From: Octopus sinensis
Lineage: Eukaryota
Length of the DNA stretch: 64,000 bases
Direction: 5' to 3'
Assembly (NCBI RefSeq): GCF_006345805.1
Contig: NC_042998.1
Location: 196,664,001 to 196,728,000 of the forward strand
Below, piece after piece: positions 50,649 through 62,870 of the stretch. How positions within the stretch are numbered: position 1 is the first letter of the stretch; each line of letters starts with the position of its first letter. Under the pieces are notes generated by a model. The model did not search any database and was not told the origin of the DNA. It saw only the letters and a list, made by a program, of their open reading frames with translations. A program made the position numbers and the translations under genes.

Positions 50649-51725
50649 ATTGTCTTCGAAAAAGACACGGCAATTAAGGTTGAAACATGGCTTTGGCCTG
50701 TGACTAACAAAAACATAGTATTTTAAAAATTAAAAAGTGAAGGGGTCTCTTATCTGTTGATGTGATTTAACCCTTTAGCATTCAGATAACTCTGTCAAAT
50801 GTAATCCTTATTTATTCACATAGTTTTGAATTAATCATGGATTATCTCATAGCTTCAAGATTTCAGTGAAGTGGGTATTTTTATTTTTACAATGGCATTG
50901 TAGAGTAGGTGTGAGAGGCTGGATCTGGCCAGTTTGAACATAAAAACAGGTGGACTATTTGGGCTGGACATGTCTGGTTTATATGCTAAGGGGTTAATAT
51001 TGATTCTGTTTAGAAAGATTAGTAATTGAAGATAACTGACAGGAAGATTAGAGCTATAAGACGGGTGACTGAAAATCACTGAGTTGGAGAAATATGGTTG
51101 ATACTTGAAAATCCCTGAGGGAGAAGTTACAACTACAAGGGTTTTTTTATATATATATATATTAGCTTTTACTTTTATTTATTTCATTTTGTGCTTCCAT
51201 AATCTTACTTGATCATATTTTTTGTTACAAATTCATTTCTCAAAGTTTTATTATTATTTTTTTCTGCATGAATGAAACGCCATCTGGATTTACTCTCAAC
51301 AACATCTCTTATTTATTTTTCTCTGCCCTTAAAAGATGCAATACTGTTTTTATACTGGCACTTGTGTCCCATGTTAGTAGGGTGCTAAGAGCAACATCCG
51401 AGCGTAATCATTGCCAGAGTGGCTAACTGGCTTCCATGCCGGTGGCACGTAAAAGTCACCATTCGAGTGTGATCGTTACCAGCGTCGCCTTACTGGCACA
51501 TGTAAAAACATTTGAGCTAGGTCATTGCCAGTACCGCCTGACTGGCCCCCGTGCCGGTGGCATGTAAAAAGCACCCGCTACACTCTTGGAGTGGTTGACG
51601 TTAGGAAGGGCATCCAGCTGTAGAAACTCTGCCAGATCAAGATTGAAGCCTGGTGTAGCCATCTGGTTCGCCAGCCCTCAGTCAAATCGTCCAACCCATG
51701 CTAGTATGGAAAGCAGACATTAAAC

Positions 51726-51899
51726 CAGTGGTTTTCAACCAGGGTTCTGCCAGTACAGTCCAGGGGTTCTGCAAGAAGTTAAAAAATTTCCTGTGCAGAT
51801 ATGTGTGCATAAGACAATTAAATTATTGCACAGGGGTTCCTCGAGCCAGTGGAATGTTTTCTTGGGGTTCCGCTCCAGCAAAAAGTTTGAAAAGCACTG
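51726..51899. mobile_element. hAT-type MITE (174 bp) nested in an RTE UTR tail
   Basis: CAGTGGTTTTCAACC / tttgaaaagCACTG; perfect 8-bp TSD cattaaac (51718-51725 / 51900-51907). Confidence 0.88.
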
Positions 51900-52030
51900 C
51901 ATTAAACAATGATACTGATGATTCTAGTGTGTTTTCAAAGTTATAAATACTTTTGCAAGAAACTATCCAACATAGAGCTCGACCGTCTAATGCCAACTGT
52001 TGTTTTCTCATTAGTTTCACCTCTTTTAAT

Positions 52031-52510
52031 TTAACCCTTTCGTTACCAACCCAGCCAAAACCGGCTCTGGCTTTTTAGTATAAATGTCTTCTTTTCATAA
52101 GTTTTGAATTAAGATCTTCCACCGAACCTTAGTCACAATTTATGTTCCTAACACTAGCTTAATGATAACGAAGTTATTTTACTAAATTCTTTGTTTTATT
52201 TAAAGTAATTGAAAGAAACACAGAGCATCTCAACAGAAATAGGGTAACGAAAGGGTTCAAATATATAAAAGAGAAACAATTCTTAACCCTTTTGATACCA
52301 ACCTGGCTGAAATTGCCTCTGGCTTTGAGTACAAATGTCTTGTTTTCATAAGTTCTGAATTAAAATCTTCCACCAAACCTTAGTCACAATTTATGTTGCT
52401 AACACTAGCTGAATGATAACTAAGTTATTTTACTAAATTCTTTGTTTTATTTAAAGTAATTGAACAAAACACAGAGCATCTCAAAATAAATACAGTAACG
52501 AAAGGGTTAA
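52031..52510. mobile_element. Dimeric piggyBac-like MITE, second copy
   Basis: Same two monomers and the same spacer as 39850-40330. Confidence 0.85.
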
Positions 52511-53043
52511 AGAGCCTTGATCAAGTTATCGTGGTAAGGGGTGAGGGCAATGGTTTGTTTTAAGTTTTTCAATTTAACCCTGTAGCATTTAAACTGACCA
52601 TATCTGTCCCAAATCTTCTGCCTGTTTTGTGTTCAAACTGGCCAGATGTGGCCTCTCATGCCTATCCTACAATGTCATTCCAAAAATAAACGATCTCATC
52701 AGTGAAATATGAAAACTATGGGATAATTCAGGATTAATTCAAAACAATGTAGATTTAATAAGGATTACATTTGACAGAGTAGTCTGAATGCTAAAGAGTT
52801 AAGTTGCAACAAATAGTCTTGAAAGTAGCAAAAGAAATGAATGTGAGGTTGATGCGTCTGGACGACTGATGTAGTCAGAGGTTTGGGAAGTTGCTGTGAC
52901 CGTTGCTCTGTTCTTAGGCAAGGTACATCACTCTACTTGGCTGGCATTAGCTTTCATGCGTATCTACCAGAAGGAAAGGACAGACAGACAGACATAGTTC
53001 TAAAACTAAAACTAATCCTTGCAAAAATATACAAATATATTAA

Positions 53044-53998
53044 GGCGGCGAGCTGGCAGAATCGTTAGCACGCCGGGCGAAATGCTTAGCGGTATTTCGT
53101 CTGCCGTTACGTTCAGAGTTCAAATTCCGCTGAGGTCGACTTTGCCTTTCATCCTTTCGGGGTCGATAAATTAAGTACCAGTTGCGTACTGGGGTCGATA
53201 TAATCGACTTAATCCATTTGTCTGTCCTTGTTTGTCCCCTCTATATTTAGCCCCTTGTGGGTAATAAAAAAACAGGTATTTCGTCTGCCGTTACGTTCAG
53301 AGTTCAAATTCCGCTGAGGTCGACTTTGCCTTTCATCCTTTCGGGGTCGATAAATTAAGTACCAGTTGCGTACTGGGGTCGATATAATCGACTTCATCCA
53401 TTTGTCTGTCCTTGTTTGTTCCCTCTATATTTAGCCCCTTGTGGGTAATAAAGAAACAGGTATTTCGTCTGCCGTTACGTTCTGAGTTCAAATTCCGCTG
53501 AGGTCGACTTTGCCTTTCATCCTTTCGGGGTCGATAAATTAAGTACCAGTTGCGTACTGGGGTCGATATAATCGACTTCATCCATTTGTCTGTCCTTGTT
53601 TGTTCCCTCTATATTAGCCCCTTGTGGGTAATAAAGAAACAGGTATTTCGTCTGCCGTTACGTTCAGTGTTCAAATTCCGCTGAGGTCGACTTTGCCTTT
53701 CATCCTTTCGGGGTCGATAATTAAGTACCAGTTGCGTACTGGGGTCGATATAATCGACTTCATCCATTTGTCTGTCCTTGTTTGTTCCCTCTATATTTAG
53801 CCCCTTGTGGGTAATAAAGAAACAGGTATTTCGTCTGCCGTTACGTTCAGTGTTCAAATTCCGCTGAGGTCGACTTTGCCTTTCATCCTTTCGGGGTCGA
53901 TAAATTAAGTACCAGTTGTGTACTGGGGTCGATATAATCGACTTAATCCGTTTGTTTGTCCCCTCTGTGTTTAGCCCCTTGTGGGTAGTAAAGAAATA
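53044..53998 (+). repeat. SINE family A: one head plus five tandem bodies
   Basis: Units start at 53091, 53275, 53459, 53642 and 53825; 13-bp TSD aatatacaaatat (53026-53038 / 54002-54014). Confidence 0.92.
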
Positions 53999-55789
53999 GA
54001 TAATATACAAATATCCATGTTTAGGAAACCCAACCATGTTGTGTGCTGCATGAGAGGGGTGGAGAGAGAGACAATTGTACCTGCCAATTAATGGGGATAA
54101 AAAAGGAAAAAAACAGATAGCAAAATTTCCTGAGGCCAACAACAGCTAAAATTAGTGTATTTATGGATATTTCAGTTGTCATTGGAAGCTACATGTTGGT
54201 CGTTATTACAGTATAACTTTAGTACAACTGTCAGAACCAACCAGCATCTCCTTGGACTGGTCCACATTTTCCTTTGGACTTTTCACAAACTTAATTCAAA
54301 TTGCTTTTTATTTATTTTAATTTTTTTACATTTTATTTTTTAGCAGCTAGTAAATGTTCTTGTGAGGTTATTTAATTTAATTTATATCTAATAATGTTCT
54401 CTCATAATGCAAATAAATGTATTTTACTAAATGATGTTATTTATCGCATAAGTTAATCGCATATCGATCGCCATTTTTTGTCCTTTAAGCGAAGGTAATA
54501 ATTTAGAAGAATTCATTGACTATGGAATATGGAAGCTATTTCTTCAATTATTCTTGTGTTTGGTCAAGCAGTGAATGGTGGAGTTTCAAAAATGCAAGTG
54601 CCAATAGAGAAATAAAGGGAAAGTTTTTTGAAGTTTTATCTAAGATATTCTGATTTTCTTTTGAATATTTTAAATGAAAACTATAATTAATGTGTTTCTC
54701 AATTAGATTTTTTTTTATTTATGTGCCCTCTTTCAGCCTGGCCAGGCTCATGGGCCCGGTTTCCCGGTTTCTGTGGCGCATGTGTTCCCCCCCAGCTGGA
54801 CGGGACGCCAGTCCATCGCAGCGTTACTCAAGAAACAGGAAGAGAGGGTGAGAGTAAATTGGGGCGAATGAGTACAGCAGGGGTCGCCACCACCCCCTGC
54901 CGGAGCATCATGGAGCTTTTAGGTGTTTTCGCTCAATAAACACTCACAACGCCCGGTCCGGGAATCGAAACCGCGATCCTCCGACCACCAGTCCGCTCCC
55001 CTAACCACTGGGCCATTGCGCCTCCATCAATTAGATTATTAAATATTAAAACATTATTGTGTTTCTTTTTCTTTTTTTTGCTTTTTTTTTAAAGAAAACT
55101 ACTTTACTTTTATCCTCATCTGTTTTGAATTTTGTCGTTTTTATTCTCTGTTTTCTAAAGAAATCAAAATTTTTTATAAAATAAAATAAACATTTTTTAA
55201 TTTCTTTTTAAATGAACATTCAAAAACTAGCTCCACATTAAAAAAAAAACAGGAAAATTCAGACGAATAAATTTATTATTGTTGTTCCGTAACAACAACA
55301 ACAACAATAATTAAAATGATAATCATAATATTGATTGTATTATGTTGATTTTTATTTACATTTCTCGGATCATATTTTCCTAAATGAACTTCACTAATTA
55401 CTTCGTTAAATTTCCTGATCAAACTAGTTTATGTGACCACCACCACTAAACCTCCAAATTACTACCTTCTCATCATCCACTTTGCCCTTGTTCCTTTCAT
55501 CCCTTCCATAACATCTTCATTTCTTCCATTCTGTTAATATTTCTCTCGGTTTATTCACCCAATCCTTGTTTCACCTCCTCCTCCTCCTCCTCCTTCCACT
55601 CCTTTTTCTTTCTCTCTCTCTCTCTTTCTCTCTTTTCCCGTCCCCCCTCCCAACTTCCCACTCTATGATACAAACTAATTTTTCTGTATTCAACTTTATT
55701 GAAATAAATAAATAAAATTAATATATATGATATTTAATAGAATCAACGCTTTGTTTTATTTCTTTCTTTCATTTCCTTCCAAAAGCACC

Positions 55790-56272
55790 ATAGGAGCATG
55801 GTCAATGCCAGTGCCGCCTGACTGGCTCCCATGCCAGTGGCACATAAAAAGCATCATTTGAGCATGGTTGGTGCCAGTGCCACCTGACTGGCTCCCATAC
55901 CGGTGACTCATAAAAAGCACTAATCATGCATGGTCAATGCCAGTCCCACCTGACTGGCTCCCGTGACGGTGACATGTAAAGGCCACCATTTGATCGTGGT
56001 CGATGCCAGTGCTTCCCGACTAGCTTCTGGCACATAAAAAGTACCATTCAAGCATGGTCGATGCCAGTACCATCTGAGTGACCGTAGTGCCGGTGGCCTG
56101 TAAAAAGCAGCCACTACACCCTCAGTGTGGTTGGCGTTAGGAAGGGCATCAAGCTGTAGAAACCTTGTCAGATCAGACTGGAGCCTGGTGCAGCCTCCTT
56201 GCTTGCCAGCCCTCAGTCAAACCATCCAACCCATGGCAGCATGGGAAGTGGATGTTAAACAATGATGATGAT
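55790..56272 (+). mobile_element. RTE 3' UTR copy with ~6 tandem units
   Basis: Repeated gtgccagtg...taaaaagcac units, core and tail. Confidence 0.75.
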
Positions 56273-57231
56273 CGTCATCGTTTCATCATCCACTTTTCCA
56301 TGCTTGCATGAGTCAGGCAAGGGTTTCACTGAAGCAGGTTCTCTCTGCTCAGGTGTGCCTCCTGTTACCAACCCTCACCTGTTTCCAGTCCAAGGCATAT
56401 TTCCCCTTTGCCAGACGTGTCTTCACACAACATTGCAAGCGAATGTCTCTGCTTGTATAACAGTGACACTCATTTACATCAATCACAAAGAGATGTAAAT
56501 ACACACACACACACACACACACTCGTTTTATTATCTTCTTGTTTCAGTCATCAGACTGTGGCCATGCTGGGGCTCTGCCTTGAAGAATTTTACTCACTCA
56601 AATTGACCCCAGTGCTTATTTTATGAAGCTTTGGTATTTATTCTATCAGTCACTTTCGCTGAACTGCCAAGTTACAGGGATGTAAACACACCAACACTGG
56701 TTATCAAGTGATGGTGGAGGACAAATGAAGACACACACACACACGCATATGGTGCGGTGAATATATTGTCTAAATTACGCAAAAATGCAAATAAAAGTCA
56801 CCTTTCATTTTAACAGATATATTTTCCAAAATTACATAAAAATCAAAATCAAATCAGATATCAGTAATCAGAACCAAAATCGAAATCGATCAACATCAAT
56901 GGAAATTGCAGCTGTGATACCAGTGCTGGTGACAAGTAAGCGAACCATCCGATCATGGCCGTTGCCAGCGCCGCCCCTACTGGCCTCCGTACCGGTGGCA
57001 CGTAAAAAGCACCATCCGTGCGTGGCCGTTGCCAGCCTCGCCTTGCCCCCGTGCCGGTGGCACGTAAAAAGTTCATAGTCCTGCTGTTAACAGTGACCTA
57101 ATGGTTAGGTGTCGGTGTGATGATTGTAAATTCGAGGTTTCGATTCCCAGATCGGGCGGCACGTTGTATTTTAGAGCAAAACACTTCATTTCACATTCCA
57201 GTCAGCTCACAATGAGTATCCGCAACTGTTA

Positions 57232-57969
57232 AGCGTTGGGCGAAATGCGGAGCCGTATTTCGTCTGCCATTACGTTCTGAGTTCAAATTCTGCCGAGGTC
57301 GACTTTGCCTTTCATCCTTTCGGGGTCGATAAATTAAGTACCAGTTACGCACTGGGGTTGATATAATCAACTTAATCCGTTTGTCTGTCCTTGTTTGTCC
57401 CCTCTGTGTTTAGCCCCTTGTGGGTAGTAAAGAAATTGGTATTTCATCTGTCTTTATGTTCTGAGTTCAAATTCTGCCGAGGTAGACTTTGCCATTCATC
57501 CTTTCAGGGTCGATAAATTAAGTACCAGTTACGCACTGGGATCAATGTAATCGACTTAATCCGTTTGTCTGTCCTCTCTGTGTTTAGCCCCTTGTGGGTA
57601 GTAAAGAAATTGGTATTTCATCTGTCTTTATGTTCTGAGTTCAAATTCCGCCGAGGTCGACTTTGCCATTCATCCTTTCAGAGTGGATAAATTAAGTACC
57701 AGTTACGCACTGGGATCAATGTAATCGACTTAATCCGTTTGTCTGTCCTCTCTGTGTTTAGCCCCTTGTGGGTAGTAAAGAAATTGGTATTTCATCTGTC
57801 TTTATGTTCTGAGTTCAAATTCCGCCGAGGTCGACTTTGCCATTCATCCTTTCAGAGTGGATTAAATAAGAACCAGTTACGCACTGGGGTCAATGTAATC
57901 GACTTAATCCGTTTGTCTGTCCTTGTTTGTCCTCTCTGTGTTTAGACCCTTGTAGGTAGTAAAGAAATA
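57232..57969 (+). repeat. SINE family A: partial head plus four tandem bodies
   Basis: Units start at ~57253, 57438, 57612 and 57786, with the same junction as the 53044 array. Confidence 0.9.
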
Positions 57970-58094
57970 TATTTTACAACGGACTGACATCTAATTCAGT
58001 ATGTGTGTGAGTGTACGTGTAAGGGAAAATATTGAACTCGTTGTAGTTTACACGACAGGGAAACCTACCTAAGTTCCTGTCAAATGAGCCTGTA

Positions 58095-58335
58095 GTCACG
58101 TGACAGACCCATTTACGCTGTTAACTGTACATATGTAGCGTGGAACGGTGATATCCCTACTGTTTGAGAGATATATTAGAAATGATCTCGTGTTAGATAG
58201 CAACCATCTTCGGCTATTTGGACCCTGTTGTGTCCACTGCTCTGATTGGTTGGCATTGGTGTAGTTTGTCTCTTGACTTATTTCGCGCCAGTGTGTGAAC
58301 CAATCAATCAGAACCTTCCAATAAGATCACGTGAC
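58095..58335. promoter_or_regulatory. Candidate promoter (E-box / NF-Y / E2F cluster)
   Basis: GTCACGTGAC 58095-58104, ATTGG 58245 and 58255, TTTCGCGC 58281-58288, CCAAT 58300 and 58318, TCACGTGAC 58327-58335. Confidence 0.55.
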
Positions 58336-58670
58336 ACAGTCTTTTGGATTTTCTTCTGGAGCCTCTAGCAGGTTATGAAAGGGCCCCAGCATTTACGATA
58401 TCTCTGTCTTAGGCTCTAATTCTTCTAAGGACTAACCTCTGACCACAGAGCGACTCAGTTCTAGCGACAGAAAACATGCAGCAACTCTGGGCCGTTCTCC
58501 ACCGTCGCCATCACCAGCGTCGACTTGTGTGGATGGATTGCCTTATTATCGTAGTTTTGCTTTCGTTAGAACTGCGCTGAGTTGGGATGGGGAAAGGAGG
58601 GTAACACTATCGAAGCATTCTTTCTCGCTCTTATCTTTACTACACTTCTATCTCGCTTCCATACAAATTA

Positions 58671-58674
<4 letters not shown>

Positions 58675-58714
<40 letters not shown>

Positions 58715-58940
58715 GCACACACACACACAGCTTACACTTTCTCTCTGTCACTCTCTCACACTTTGTTTCATAAACCCATTGTCCCTTTCATACACACACA
58801 CACACTTTCGCTATCTCTGTCTCTTTCTTACTGACATACACGGTCAATTCCCACTTCACACTGTCTATCTGTCTGGCTTTCTCTCTCTCTCTCTCTCTCT
58901 CTCGCTCGCTCTCTCGCTCTCTCTCTCTCTCTCTATCGCT
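58675..58940. repeat. (CT)n/(CA)n microsatellite tract
   Basis: Directly visible. Confidence 0.9.
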
Positions 58941-59371
58941 CTCTCGCTCTCTCTCTCACACTTTCCTTGGGGGTGGGGAACCTCTGGCCTTTGCAGCCCT
59001 GTAGTGGGGACACTTGGAAGATGTTTAATTTGTCCGTATATTAATTTTTTCTTTAATGCCGCCTTATTGGATTCTATTTTAAATTCTATCATGAAACAGT
59101 TCCCGCCGTTTCTCCGTTCCATCACCCACTCTCCCACCCCACTCTCCCTCTATCACCACCACTACCACTACTACTTTGACGACCACCTCCATCGCCGCCG
59201 CCGCCACCACTCCCTGACCTTCTCAAATCCTTTGTTTACGCCGAGGGTTCGTGTTGTGGTTAAGAAGCGTGTTGGAACACATATTTCGGAAGTGGGGTGG
59301 TGGTGGTTGTAGTTGTTTAACCCCAGGTAAGCCCTAAATCAGCAGACCTATAATAAAAGGCATCTCTTTAC

Positions 59372-59597
59372 CTATTTCTTTACTACCCACAAGGGGCTAA
59401 ACACAGAGAAGACAAACAAAGACAGACAAACGGATTAAGTCGATTACATCGACCCCAGTGCGTAACTGGTACTTAATTAATCGACCCCGAAAGGATGAAA
59501 GGCAAAGTCGACCTCGGCGGAATTTGAACTCAGAATGTAGCGGCAGACGAAACACCGCTAAGCATTTCGCCCGGCGTGCTAACCTTTCTGCCAGCTC
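59372..59597 (-). mobile_element. Full-length SINE family A
   Basis: 13-bp TSD ggcatctctttac (59359-59371 / 59598-59610). Confidence 0.9.
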
Positions 59598-59718
59598 GGC
59601 ATCTCTTTACTCCCTACCTAACCAAAGATCGCACCCAAAGTGTCTTTTTCTAAGATAGTAGGCTATGATTTAAGGGAGACTGGCTGCTATTTCTAGTAGG
59701 TGGAGCAATCATGTAGAG

Positions 59719-61298
59719 CAGGGATTCTCAACCATTTAAAAAAATCTATGGACCCCTTTGATTGTTATTTTATTCTGGTGGATCCCCATAGCCATTCGAT
59801 GTTTAAAAACGAGTTTAATAGAAACTTCTTTCAAAATTCCTTCTCTAGGTTGAGTTAGAGAAAGAAATTTAGCTATTTCTTGCAACACGTACCAATACAT
59901 ACATCTAAAGCAAAATTGGATCTTTTTCGTTTGGCTACCAAAGTCAATTTCTGTTTGAATTTATTTCACATTCAGTATAATGATACACTTTTATAGGTTA
60001 ATCAAAGCCATGAAAATCATTTTCGCCATAAATTAATAAAGAGTTACTAGCAATGAAATTTTGAAAATTTTTTGGTAATTTTAGCCAATCGTAAGCTACA
60101 GATACATTCATGCCTATTTCCATAGTAACAAGCCGAAATGAGAACTCCTTTGTCTGCGAGAAAGCACGCGTTGACAAATATTTTGAAACCATTTTTTGAT
60201 GCTGTATTATACTGTTTTACCCACCTAGGGAAGTATGTGCGGAAGACCTGCATATGCTCAGGGTCCTACCTGAGCAGTGCTTTTTCGGAGGACAGGTTTT
60301 TCTTTATGCGGTGTCATGTCGGAATCGTGACACACTGGAAGAATGCATACGTCACTCGATTCTTCCAGGAACCTCAATTTCCAGCGATTTGTGGAGAGCT
60401 TACTCTCACAATCCTGAAATTGATAGTAACAGTTTTGAGCATAGAACCGTGAACCACAGCGTTCGGTTTTGTTAACTCAGAAGATGGCACCCACATTCAA
60501 CAAGAGGCGAGTACAAGGACCTCTGGAAAGCGAGTTAATAAACGACGCTGTGGCACTTGCTGTTCTATGGTACATTCATATCTCGGAATTTATGTGGAAC
60601 AGGAGATATAAAAATTGTGATTTGTTCGAGAAATTGCTTGAATGTATTTCTTACTTTCGTTTTCAACGAACTGTCAACAAAATGCTTGTTTTTTTTTATA
60701 TTTAATTTGTAATGTGCTTTATTGTTTTAAAACAAATCTTTTAAGTTCGTGCTATAAGTCTCTTATTTTGAGAAATATTTCATTTGTAATGTTCTGTTTC
60801 TCGTGTTAAAAATAACAGGTAAATAATGTTTTGCGATAAATCTTTTAAGTTCCTGTTATCGCATTAAATGCATATTGAATGCTTAAAACTACAAAACACA
60901 TGTTGCGTACTCATTTTCTGCGTGTAGAATACAAATATTGGCAACAAGTGCTATTTTCAGGATGTTGATGAAACGTGCAGCTTCCAAATCCTGTTTCCTG
61001 ACTGGATGAAAATGATGAAATTTCAAACCTCTATAACAAAAAAAAAAAAAAAAGGCAGTTCTGGAAAAAGTAAAGTAACTCCAACAATTCAGCTTGGAAA
61101 AGTACATTAATGTAGCAAATTTTAAAATTTTCGATAATAGTTTTGAAATCTTGCCAGACAAACAGAAAAGATCCGCAAAACTTTTCAAGGCCCCTAAAAT
61201 ACTATTGTGGATCCCCAATTTACTATGATGTTGCTTGGACCCCCAAAAATTTTATATGGATCCTCAGGGATGATATGGACCCCGGTTAAGAACTCCTT
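59719..61298. mobile_element. Probable hAT-type non-autonomous element enclosing a Merlin relic
   Basis: CAGGGATTCTCAACC / GGTTAAGAACTCCTT imperfect TIR with subterminal tggacccc/tggatcccc repeats at both ends; TSD not matched. Confidence 0.55.
60270..60660 (+). pseudogene. Merlin (IS1595/ISXO2-like DDE) transposase relic
   Basis: FGG.VFLYAV..RNRDTL..CI..SILPGTSISSD.WRAY...F.HRTVNHS | FVNSEDGTH.Q..ST...KR.NKRRCGT..S..HSY | SEFMWNRRY, across two frameshifts. Confidence 0.85.
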
Positions 61299-61699
61299 CG
61301 AGGGGACGATAGCAATGTAGTGATAGCAGAGATAATTTGGTGATGACGGTGATCGTAATGGTGGAGGTTTCAAGTGGATGTTGTAGTGGTATGAGGTGGT
61401 CGTTGTTTTAGTCGTAGGACTGATCGAGCCAACCTTATGATCAACGGCAATTCAACCATGACCAGCCCATCTTATATTCAGACTGTTTCGAAGACTATGT
61501 TAGCCAATGTATCCTTCCTGTTGGGTGCAATTCGAGAAAGATTTAACTGTTATTTCTAGCGGACTGTTTGACTGCTACGAGACCCCCACCTATTTCTTAT
61601 CTATTGTATTTATGATTATGAAGGGGGGAAAATTAGATTAAAGTTTCGTATAAATATGGTCTACCATACGTGTGTACATACATGCTTACACGCATCTCT

Positions 61700-61800
61700 A
61701 TATATATGTGTGTGTATGTGTATATATATATGTGTATATATATATATATGTATATATATATAAATATATATATATATACATATATCAATGCACACAGATG
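61700..61800. repeat. (TA)n/(TG)n microsatellite
   Basis: Directly visible. Confidence 0.9.
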
Positions 61801-62439
61801 CATACATACAGTAATGTATCCTTCTTGCTTCTATGTATACACATAGAGGCAGGAAGGATATATATGTATGTATACACACACACACACACTTCACTTACAT
61901 GTATGTACCTGCGTAGTTACACACACATACACACAGAGATATAATGCAATAGTGTGTCTGTAATAACTGAAGAAGAAAAGAGCCGAGTAGAGGATTAGAG
62001 TTCTATTAGAAAGAATACCTTGGCTAAGTAGTCTCAGATACACCACCTGTAAATACAAGTTGAATTCGAATGAAATTTAGATAATCCCGACCTCATTAAA
62101 TACCTCCTTGGCTGGGGTTAAATGTCACCACAGAAAGCTGTATCTTAGCAACATTTCGACACAGCCGCACGTAGTTAGCCCTCTTAACTAACCTTGACAC
62201 GGCGCAACACTATCTTCAAGTACGCCTCACACACCCGTTCTTCATGACTATAAATCAAAACAAGTCAGCAAACTAGAATTTACAATAAGATAGATCCCTC
62301 CATAACACTTCCTACTGTATCTCAGCTGCTTGAATATTCAATGAGAATGCAGGCCTATACGTGATCGCTAGAACAGCCAAATCTACCTTCAAATTGCACA
62401 GTACTGTCGTAACTGTTCGCCTGTCCTGTGTATTACATA

Positions 62440-62870
62440 TGTGAAGAGAGTAGAAGAAAGTGTCAATGGCGTAGACTTGTTTAAGGTGGACCTCAAATTG
62501 CCAAGAAGTGACCTACACACTTGGCTTCGTGACCTTCCTCTCAGGCACATATAGAGTGAGACGTGCAGGATCCAGTATTGAAACTGCAACGGATGCCGCT
62601 GACCCGGTCAGAGTTCTGAGTGGCGCCTTCTGTAGCATGTCCGTCATGAGTAGCCTTCTTCATCCGCTGGTTTCAAGAGTTGAGATCTGTTGTAGTAACT
62701 ATCCGCTTGTTCCAGCGTCGGTATCTTTGGGAGTTGGTCACGCTTAGACTGGATCCTCATCCTCGACCTTGCCGCTAAGGGTTGCCCCACCATGAGTTTA
62801 GGACTTCTGATGGCATCGCTCTCAGTGTCATTCGTTCACGCAAGCCCCTCCACTACGACAAGGAGCAGCC
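62440..62870 (-). mobile_element. Probable RTE LINE 5' end
   Basis: Minus strand begins ccttgtcgtagtggaggggcttgcgtg, resembling RTE 5' UTR starts; the downstream ORF is decayed. Confidence 0.5.

Noticed and set aside
62210-62280. Helitron/PIF1 helicase motif (VRL...MTIN)
   Set aside because: Too few matching residues and no flanking helicase motifs.
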